A stretch of DNA of 64,000 bases from Schizochytrium sp. TIO01 (lineage: Eukaryota > Protista > Bigyra: Labyrinthulomycetes): positions 992,001-1,056,000 of the forward strand of contig SMSO01000033.1 in the NCBI GenBank assembly GCA_004764695.1. The letters run 5' to 3'. A model generated the notes under the pieces. The model ran no database searches and was not told the DNA's origin. It worked only from the letters and a program-made list of their open reading frames with translations. Below are positions 53,981 through 64,000 of the stretch, piece after piece (the first letter of the stretch is position 1; each line of letters starts with the position of its first letter). The position numbers and the translations under genes are program-made.

Positions 53981-56900
53981 GTTTCAGGAATCGAATTGTG
54001 CTTGCTCACTCGCTTCGCGTCCAACACACAGCATTGCAACCCCTCAGGACATGAACCCCACGTGGGGCTCGGTGCTGTGGACTTTGCTGGCGACGAGGAG
54101 GCCCAATCTTGCCTTCGTACGGAGCGTTTTCATCAGTTGAACATGAGTACGCAAGCAAGTTGAAGCAAGTACGCAAACCAATTCGAGATAACTTTCACCA
54201 GAACAGAAAGAAACCAATCAGTTACCTGCACTCAAAGCACGAGACCCCTAAAACACACAGGTCGCAGGCTAGGAAACTCGCCACCTAGTGACTCGCTAGG
54301 TACTACCTACCGCCCTGTCGAATTCACAGAGAAAAATGATACTTTCTCATATGGCCGGCCTTACGAAGACTTAAAAGGTTCGTCGACTTTTCGGTCAATG
54401 GCGGTCATTGCCCAATCTTGAGATCGAGTAACGCGTCAGATCAGATTCTCTTTGCACCAGGCTACAGTACTTTCTTGTACACAGTATGACGAAGCCTGTG
54501 AAATCTCATTTCCCCCTAGTATTCGAACGGACGAGCGCTTTCTTTCTCTTTTATTATGATGGATCTATCTGACTTCACGCAGCTAGCTACTCAGGCTGCT
54601 GACTAGCTCAGCTAATTAAATTAACTGCCAGTCGGCTCAAGACTAGCGATTGCTTACTCGAAGACGAGAATGCACTATTATGAACCGCGACGAGAAGATT
54701 GAAGGACCTTCTGTACATTATTATTATACGCATACGTGCTTGATGAGCGCTGCTACGAGCGCTTGCCCATCTACTACTACGAGGTCACGTTTCTTTCTCT
54801 TTCTCGCTTTACGAAAAAGCGCCATAGAGCAAAATACGAGAATCAGTTGCGTGTATTGCTTCGTCTGTGCTGATCGCCCGCCTTCGCGAAACAGCAATTC
54901 AATAAAAAATTGGAGCAGCAGTGAGAGACCCACAGACCGGGCCTGTTACATTTCAATACGCAGGTTCTTAGTTCTGTGACGAGGTGGCACGTCTTTTGTC
55001 TTCTTGAAATCTGCTCCTTTCCTCCTCCTCGACTGTGGCCATTCATCTCCGTGCTTTTCCTTTTCCTTGTTTCTATTTTTAATTAAAAATTTCAAACTTG
55101 AAAAATTGAAAACTTGAAAAATTGAAATGTATATGTATGTATAACTAAAGAAGGAGACCACTGAAAGACACTCTTTTCTCAGCAGGTTCTCCTTTTATTT
55201 TATTTTCAATCTCAAATCAACAAAAGTTTTGTTTCTTTCAATATAATTTAAGCTATGTATCAAAAGCCAGCAAAACTTGGAATTCCCAAGACAGCGACAG
55301 AAGAAAGCGTCCATTCGCGGCGAGTGCCCACCCAATCCACGTGCGCAGGCCTGTCCTCTGCACACCTTTTCGTGCTTGCTTGTGGAGTGCGTCAAGTTCT
55401 GCAAAAAACGTTTATAAAGCGCAGCACTTCCCCACCGATCGTGGCCCTCTCTTGCTCAGGTCGCAAAGTGCCTGCTTACTTAGGGAGCTCCTACGGGCTG
55501 GCGCCAGTCAATAAGAGCAGTTACATTTTCGAGTTGCTCCCACCACGTTTGCGTTCGGGGGGAAGGCCTGTGGATAATTGATCAGCCACTGTCCTAGGCT
55601 CTCTGTGAGTATGCATCGCACGCAAGGAGGTCTTCACTCTCTCAGCTCCCTCCGCAGCTGATCAAACTTCAACAGGAGGCGCTTGGCGCACCTGAGACTG
55701 CCTCTTTCCCTGCGACTTTCTTCGGGCAGCAGAGCGCTGAGAAGGCGGCGGTTCTTCTGGTTCCTAACGGTAAACAGAACGTGGAGTGTTCTCTTTGTGG
55801 AGTTCCGTAAGAACACCTGTTCCCTACAAGAAGCTCCTGGATTAGAAGATAGAACTCAAAGCCCCACTTGTTCCCACTGCGAGCTAGACTCTTCTTCCTC
55901 TAGCAGTTGTTTACTTCTTCGTACTTACTTTTTACTTTTTTTAAAAGCAAATAAATTAACAAATTAAAACAAACTAAATTAAATTAAGTTAATAAAATAA
56001 AATAAAATGAAGTACAGAACCTGAAAAGGTTGTCGAAAGGCAGAATAATATGAATCATGCGCGGATCAAGAAAGACAAGAAGAGAGCCCAAACCTTGGTG
56101 GGCTTTCAGGGCTTTCAAATTGGAAAGCGGGGCTTTTCGCTATAGCTTGAGTGACGCCCAGATTAGTTGAGGGAGAGCTCTCCTCCTGAACTCAGCCAGA
56201 ACCCGCCAGGTCTTCTGAGCGTCTTTTGTTTGTGTGTACGCTGCGCGTGCTCTACCTCACTGGCCGCTTCCAGCGCACCGCGAGTCAAGCAGAAATGAAG
56301 AAAGCATAATGTCCTGTCCTTTTGTTTCCAGGTTTCCAAAGAATAATACCGATTTTAAAAACAATCATCATGATGTAGATAGATTTTCGATAGAACATAA
56401 GCCAAGCTCGGACTATCTTCAAGACTGAGTGGCAAATACCCACGCGAGTATGAGATCGCACGCTGGGAAATGTTAACAGGTCACTTTGAAACGCAATAAT
56501 TGTGAATAATCGAGTACTTCAGGTGGTTGGTTAGCTACGTAGAACATTGGATAAGCTAAGTCTCTACATCAGGATTTCATTTCATTTCATTCATGTAAAA
56601 AAAAATCCTTATGGCATGGACATATTTTCTTTCTGGATTTAGTAAAATCACTTTTGTTACAATTGGAAATCTAAGTATAGTATTTTATATATACCGATTA
56701 TATTTTGTACAGAAGTATACCTACAATTCAACCAGCTAAGACACGTGAAGCCAATGACTACACTAATGAGCTCACCAAAGTGAAGGAGGGCAGCCACCAG
56801 AAAGCCCAGTGTAGCTGATGCCGGAAGAGAGCAAGTGGCTCTCTATGTAATGTTTACGAAGACAGGGCAGGACTGGAGGTGTGTCGTCCTTAGTCTAAAC

Positions 56901-59900
56901 ACTCACTCAATCACTTACTTTATCGCACAGGAAGCGTTTCGGCCGCCCGGGCCTTCACGTTTTCAGGTTGCACATTCTCCTGCACATCAGCCAAAATCTC
57001 TGCGAGAAATCACAGACTCATCTGCAAAAGCCTGGAATGAAACTCCTGGAAAGCTTACATTCTGGTGCCTGCTTTGTTTGGTTCGTTTATTTTTAGTTAA
57101 ACATCTCAGGATTTAGTTGTAACTTTTATGTTCAACTATATCTCAGGAGGAGAGGTATGATGCATGCCACTTTTTGTTTTCTTATTCCACTCAATTTATT
57201 AAAAAAATGTAAATTAAAACAGTAAATTGAATCCTTCAAGTTCATCAGAGAAAGAAGGAAACGGAGAACCACGATCAATGTCGTACATCCACTCTCGAGG
57301 GCGCTGTCAAACAGACCCCCACCTTGAACCAGCTGCCGGCATGCCACTGAGTGCTTCTGTCGATGACTGCAAGCAAGGCTGGCTAGCAGCTGAGCTGTGA
57401 ACCGTCCGCTCCAGGCTTTTGCCGTGCCAGCCCTAAGCCGCACACCGGTTGCGTTAAAAGTAGGTGGCTAGGCCGGAGGGTCTCTCTCTCTCTCTCTCTG
57501 TGAAGCCAAGAGCACCCATCCATCCACCATCTACCATTCCGCAAACTCGCCCAAACACAGTCCAAAGTAGATAGCACAAGTAAACACATTCACTTTCACT
57601 TCACTGTGGACATGGTCCCTCGGATTGTGAAAAGCTCTGAAGCAAACAAACAGCTACTATTATTCACTTTATTTATTTAAAAAAAAAGATTAAATTTAAG
57701 GTTTAAGGCGTCGTATACTACAACATCGATCTTAAGCTATATCATATGGCGATGAAAGCTTCGCTCGTTTCTCCGCTTTGGGAGCCAATAAATAATAATA
57801 AGCGCTGGCACGAGCGTTGTCCTCCACATATCGACCCTTCTACTCGGGCTAAGAGCTCATGTCTGGGTGCCAAATAAGTGCTTGTTTTGGCTTGATTGTC
57901 CACCCAAGTCGCCTGACTGACTAGTGAGAGAGTGTCTGTCTGGTACCTACCTACCTTCATCAATTCAAGGCTCGAGAAAGCAAAAGCCCCTCCGCTCCCG
58001 AGGAGGAGGAAGCTTCCTACTACCTATCAGCTGTAGGCACGAGCGTGGCCTCACTTCGTACCTTGGGCCACTCAGCAGCGGCACTTCCGCGAGGTGACTG
58101 ACTTAGTGACCGAGCACCATGTCCTCGACTACTCGTGCTCACAGCTAAGAACCGCACTGCGGCTATTACTCGCACCGGAAGCCCTGCCCAGAGACGCTCC
58201 GCGGCGCAGGACGACAGAAGGTGTAGCTGATAGTGGATAACAAACAAACAGTCTCTAGAGCCAACTTGGAGATCAACGTGCCTGCATACGCACACGCTGA
58301 GGCTTTCGAAGGGATCGATTTGCAAATTGCTTGCATGCGTTGAAGGAGTCTGTCTGCAGCTTATGCACGACGGGACGGAGCCCTTGCTACTACGAGGTGC
58401 TTGTCGGTCGTCTTGAAATGTAATGGCGACTGCGAAGTAGAGCAAAGATACCAATCAAACGGGCACTACATCAAACAAGAAGAGGTGGAATCCATCCATC
58501 CATCCACAGAACGTAAGCAAGCAAGATGCCAAGAAGGTACCACCTCCCTCCCTATCGTCGAGCGACATGCGCTTGCACTGCTCGCAGCACCCGAGTTCAA
58601 CACAGTGTGATCGAAGCTCAATGGTAGCGACGCGGAGGGGGAGGAGGAGTAAGGCCACGGCACGCAAGAACTGTGGATGGGTGGGTACCGGCGGAGACGG
58701 AGCACAGACTTACTGAGGTGAGGTGCATTTGCGCTGAGCGGTGTCTTTCAAGAAATCGCCAGCCAGGCAGCCAGCCCTAAGTAATCAATCTAACTCGTTC
58801 GAAGTCATCGCAGAAGTCGCACCGTAGCGAGCGTGTGGTACCTCGGAAACGAAGGTTGCGCTCATGAAGTGCACCGAAGAGGCGCAGATCCACGTGCGCA
58901 GAACTGGGAGGCCGGAAAAGGCCGAGCGTGAACTTGGTAGACAGACGGACGGCGGACGACTCTGCTTCGCGACCATCTGCGCGGAGCTATCATCCACCGG
59001 CGGTCGTGGCCGATGCTTGCATGGAGGGGTGGATGGATGGATAGATGGATGGGTGGATGTTATTCACTCACTCACTCACTCATTCAATCATTCACTCAAT
59101 CAATCACCCTTTCGCCTCTATACTTCAAGGTTCTCCTATGTGTTTGTATCCTTCGGTTCTTCGGGTACTCCATTTATAAGTAAGACTACCTTTAAATGTG
59201 CATGATAAACGGCAGAGGGCCGCGCGGACTTCGGCTTGGGCTTCGAGACAGTTGCGCTCGGAAACGTCTCTTCGAGGGATGGATGGGCGTGATGGCAGGC
59301 GTACGCCGAAGCAGTTTCTCACGCACTCAAGCACGAACGAACTGAGCCCAGCCCCGTCACGCCCAAGATACGCTGCCCATCTCAGGCGAGCGCTCCTTTC
59401 TGCTTACATCACAACCAACTCAGTCGAACTGACGTGCATTGCGGGTGTTGATGGAGAGGGCGGTGCTGACTTCCTTAAGACAGTCGATGAAGGGGAAGGC
59501 GAGAAGGCCCAAGGTCACTTTACTTCGCTTGCAACGGAGTGCAATGGCACAGTGAGCAGGCAAAAGACAGACCTCAATATAAATCGGATTCCCCCTTTTT
59601 TGGTATTATAAATAAACTTTTTTTCTTAATGTTTTTGTTTTTAGCTCTCCTCGTATTTTAATTTATTAAATAAATAATTAAATATTTAATAAATATTTTT
59701 TCAAGGGTCGGCTTAGTGATGAGGCAAAGAATGCTGTGGAAATTCCAAAATCGGAGCTTTTCTTGCGTCTGTAGATTTTGAGAAGGAAGTTTATTTTATA
59801 TAATTCTGATTGCTTTTAAGTTTCCTTGTAACCTTTGGGTAATTTTCTTATAAGAGAATGTTTCCCCCACAGACAGCTAGCTTGTCTTTCCTCAGGGACC

Positions 59901-62076
59901 TGTTGGTAGAGCTTTTCTTTTTCTTCCGTTCTGAACTCTTCTTTAGAGAATCATGGTCTGCTTTTCTAGCGTTGGTTTCCTTTTTAAAAGAAAGTGAATG
60001 GGTAGGTGTCTATTTGCAAATACCTCGAGCTTAAGGGTACCAGGGAGAGGAAACAATAGTAGTAGGTAAGAAAGAAGACAATCCGAGTAACGATGCTTTA
60101 CTCTCTTCTTTAGTTAGACTGAGCGCATCTCGAGTATGACTTACTTTTCGAGTCTTTCGACCAGCGAGTCGCTCGCTGGCTGGCTCTTCCAACCTACATA
60201 TGTATTGAGTAACTGACCATTGGAATTTTCGAATGCTATTAGATTTTACTAGGGTTCGCTGTGTCAGAGAAACTTAGCTTATACGAAAAGAAGGGGGATA
60301 GATAAGAAAGATATGATATGTAGAGAGAAAATGAAAACAGAAAAGATCGAGTTCCTGGACTACTGAAGTATGCGATTTTCAGCCATCGATGTGCCCTCTT
60401 ACTCGGTGGGAAGGAACTAAGAGGGAACCCCGAAAAAATAGAATTGCAAAGTGATCACACAAGTTTCAACACCGCTGGAAGATCACATTTCTATTTTCTA
60501 GTTTTGTTATTATAAACATTACTAAAAGTTGCTGCTGTAGGCGAAATTGAATTAAAAGAGATTACATCCCAATCTACAAAATTCTTTGGCTAAATTTGTC
60601 CGAGACAATAAAAACACAGAAATTTTAACGAAAAGAAAGAATTATAGCGATAACAACGCACTTCGATTTCCCTCGAAGTACGCGAGTGCTTAAAGGTGGC
60701 TCGTTATTACAGTTGGTGCTCTTTTGTTGTTATTAATTGTCAACGCGCGAAAATTGATTTTCAAGTTGATCTTCAACGGCCGCAGTCTATAGAACCCTCC
60801 TTTATCCGCATCTTCATAAACCTGGTGACGAAGCTGTCTGACATTTTCTTGAGTAACCATACGCAGGCTTCTCGTTGGGCAGAATAGCTATTGTTTATTA
60901 ATACTACAAAATCAGACTCACTGTATAAGCATCGCTGTGGTTAGCTTCAGTGCAAAGCCTCGATTGTGGGAGTGTAAGTTTTACAGTACCCCCAAAATAA
61001 AAAATTTAATTGATCAAAAATTAGACTTAGGGCCACGCCAGGGGCTAGGTTGAACCTCATTCAGTTGCTGATCTTGCCCTAGGGCGCCCTCTCTTGAATG
61101 AGTAAGGCTCTTTTCTTCTTCATTACTCATTTACTTATCAGTCGTCGTAGTAATGTACTAGCTGAGCACTGCAAAGTAAGGATTGCGATTTAAAACTTTT
61201 TTCTTTTCTTTTTTTTATAATCACAAAATATATAATGGCTAAAGGGCTTCCAAGGTCCTAGCGCCTTGCTTCGATTTTTTAAATTTATTTTTCTGCAAAG
61301 GTGTACTGGCTTCATGTGTAGAGTCCGCCCGACCTAAAATAAGTTTTCCGTTGTATGCTTGCTTATTATAGTATATATATTTATCTTTTTTTAATTTTGA
61401 TTAATTGATTTTTTAAAAAATGACCAATGTATAAAATAGTGTTTTTTGGCGTTGTGAGCACTTCGACTTATTCTAATACTCCATTTTTTCAACGCCTACT
61501 CAAGCTACAGTACTCACCTTTGCACTACTTAGTGTCCCTGAAAAGGCGCCAGAATGCTATCATGCTGTCGCCATGCGCAGCTTCGGGACCGTCGAGGCGC
61601 AAGCAAAAGCGTTGGAGAGTCCTTTTCTTTGTTGTTTTACCTTTTCTTTCTTTGTTTATCTTTCTTCAGAAAACCAGAAAAGGACAATGTATGGATAGAG
61701 ATGACGATGGAAGATTCTTCTGGTTTATCCGAGAGTACGAGAGTAGAAGCAACAACGAAGAAGAGTTAGGCGCTTGTAAGATCACGACTTTGCATCAGAA
61801 ATATCAGGCAGGAGACCGATAATGGATGAAAACGAAGCGGCCAAGCGATCGATTCACATAGCCCTTTCGAAAAGTGGTCTTTCGCTCCTGGTTCATTCAA
61901 GTCTCTCTCTCTCCCTCTGAGGCTAAGCAACGTACGCAAGCTTTCTTCAGGCTGTCATGTCTTTCCATCACCTCGAGTCAGGGGCTCGAAACGAGTCGAG
62001 TCTTTCCGGGTCGGTGAATTGCACCAATCCACGAGCGCGAGTGAATTAATTAAATTATTCCATAGCCCAATAATAA

Positions 62077-62128
62077 GTGAGTGAGTGAGTGAGTGAGTGA
62101 GTGAGTGAGTGAGTGAGTGAGTGAGTGA
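62077..62128. repeat. (GTGA)n microsatellite
   Basis: Read directly. Confidence 0.95.
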
Positions 62129-62610
62129 GGTAGCAGATCATCCTTGCAGGTGCAGGTACCACGTCCAACCAAGAACTCATGAGCAATGGTTCTCCTTCCG
62201 CCTCCACGCACGGTAGCTCCAGGCTCAAGCGCCGCCGCCTTTGCGCTAGATGGCTGGCGGCAAGCAGGCAAGCAGGCAATGCGGAGAGAGAGAGAGACAG
62301 AGAGAGAGAGAGAAAGAAGTCCACTGACTGAAGAAAGAAAGAAAGAACGGGCGAGGAAGGATCTCTCGGCGTTGACTGCAGCGTAGCTTGTTTTGGACAT
62401 GCTACTGGTTCAGAAGACACAGCTCTAGCACTCCTGCGCCGCGTACTAGCTGCTACCTACGCTCCCCTAGACCGCCACAGGCAAAGCAAAGCGAACAGCG
62501 GCGGACAACAACAGTCCGTACTAGTAGGAACCAACCCGTCGCAGGACAGAGGGCCGGCGACACGGAGGACGACAGGGCGGCTAACACAGAGAGCGGAGTC
62601 GAGGTGGCTG

Positions 62611-62693
62611 AGAAGAGCAGAAGAGCAGAAGAGCAGAAGAGCAGAAGAGCAGAAGAGCAGAAGAGCAGAAGAGCAGAAGAGCAGAAGAGCAGA
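62611..62693. repeat. 8-bp tandem repeat (AGAAGAGC), about 10 units
   Basis: Read directly. Confidence 0.95.
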
Positions 62694-62865
62694 GCGCCAG
62701 CGCCACACGATTTTAGCGCAAACTTCGGGCAGAGCGAAGGAGTCTTTCTTCCCCTGGTGAGTGAGTGAGCAAGTGCTCCTCTCAGAGCTGTGGGGCCCTT
62801 CATTTCCCGCAGTGCGGAGGCTTCGAAGCTTCGTGCTGGAGCGAGCTGCGAAACCCTGCGTTGCT

Positions 62866-62977
62866 GCTTTCTCCATTGCTTGCTTTCTTCATTGCTCGCT
62901 TTCTTCATTGCTCGCTTTCTTCATTGCTCGCTTTCTTCATTGCTCGCTTTCTTCATTGCTTTCTCCATTGCTCGCTT
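62866..62977. repeat. 16-bp minisatellite (GCTTTCTTCATTGCTC), about 7 units
   Basis: Read directly; the end units are degenerate. Confidence 0.9.
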
Positions 62978-64000
62978 GTTCACTCGCTTGCGAGAGGCCT
63001 CCGCTGGGACGGCCGGCGCCGACGGGCCAACCCCCTCTCTGGAGCTATAGCTAGCGTTTAAGCTCGGGATCCCCTGCCTACACTGCACGCACTCTGGAGA
63101 GATCGTGGGAGCGGAGGAACGGAGGAACGGTTCGAGTTTCGACGCATTCTGCGCAGAGCACAGCCCCTGTGCAGGCAGGCAGACCTTGTAGTACTGCTAA
63201 TAGCAGCAGTGCGCCTTGTAAAGGGTCCTCGTACAAGCAGCAGCGGCGCGGTATAAGAGGCCAAAGCTGTTTCGTCGCTTGTAGTAGTAGCAGCAGCAGC
63301 AGCAGAAGGTAGGTAGGTAGCAGTTGTGCTTCCCCTCCCTCCCTTCCTCTCTGGCGCTGCGCTTTGACCGGCCCGCCAGGCACCTAGCTGAGAGTGATAG
63401 ATAGCTGCCAAAGACGCAGATAGCTAGCTAGCTAGCTACAGCTTTTGCACACGATGATCGCGCTGATTGTTCTTTTTTGATTTTTTGGGGCCTTTGCTTC
63501 TCTTCTTCTTCAAGCTCCTTTTTCTTCTTTGGCTTCTTCCCGGTTTTATATTATACTAGCGAGGTTATTCTTTTAGATGGGTAAATGTTTAATTTATTTC
63601 TTTGTTTCTTTATGGAATATATAACTTAATTTTTATGAAATAGCCCAGTAGAAGTGGCCATGGAGGTAGTAATTGTGAAATGTAAAATAAAGGGAAGTAA
63701 AACTGCTGCAAATAGATGGTGCCAGTGCTGCTTGTGTTGCCCTACTTAAAGCACCGAAGGCATTGCTGCTGACCCATCCGAGACAAACAAACAAGCAAAC
63801 AAATAAACATTAATCAATCCAAGCCAACACAAAAACGCGAACAAACCAATGAGTGAGTGAATGATTAATACTCGTTGATGTAGGAAACGGCCTAGGTCGA
63901 GCTTTTGATAATACACAAGACTTGAGCTGTTTCGCTGCAAAGAGGTACGTAGGTAGTCAATTCATTGAGCAATTGCTTTGGCTTGACCAGGTTTCAAAGG

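Noticed and set aside
62077-62128. (GTGA)n and nearby (GTAG)n repeats as arrays of splice donors
   Set aside because: They cannot be told apart from the many other tetranucleotide SSRs, and there is no associated exon.

Overview
Eukaryotic nuclear DNA with few introns. Gene content and style suggest a stramenopile protist, possibly a thraustochytrid (labyrinthulomycete); this is an inference. Genes in 1-42 kb: the 3' end of a SAM-domain gene, an RP2/TBCC-domain protein with an N-terminal Tudor-like domain, a two-exon RNI-type LRR protein, FAN1 nuclease, VDAC porin, a second LRR protein, an uninterrupted 3869-aa myosin and an atypical AGC-like kinase. The myosin has a WW-motor-IQ-tail-MyTH4 layout, like class IV. 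The most striking feature is its tail: about 2300 aa built from about 18 copies of a 105-130 aa repeat I cannot assign to a known family. Reading across frameshifts also shows ankyrin-repeat remnants at 9.6-11.8 kb and two back-to-back decayed Mutator-like (MULE) transposases at 36.3-39.0 kb. The last 22 kb has no credible CDS. It is rich in microsatellites, several of them arranged as fold-back pairs, and has short AT islands roughly every 2 kb. No rRNA, tRNA or CRISPR could be supported. All domain calls come from motif recognition by eye; no searches were run.
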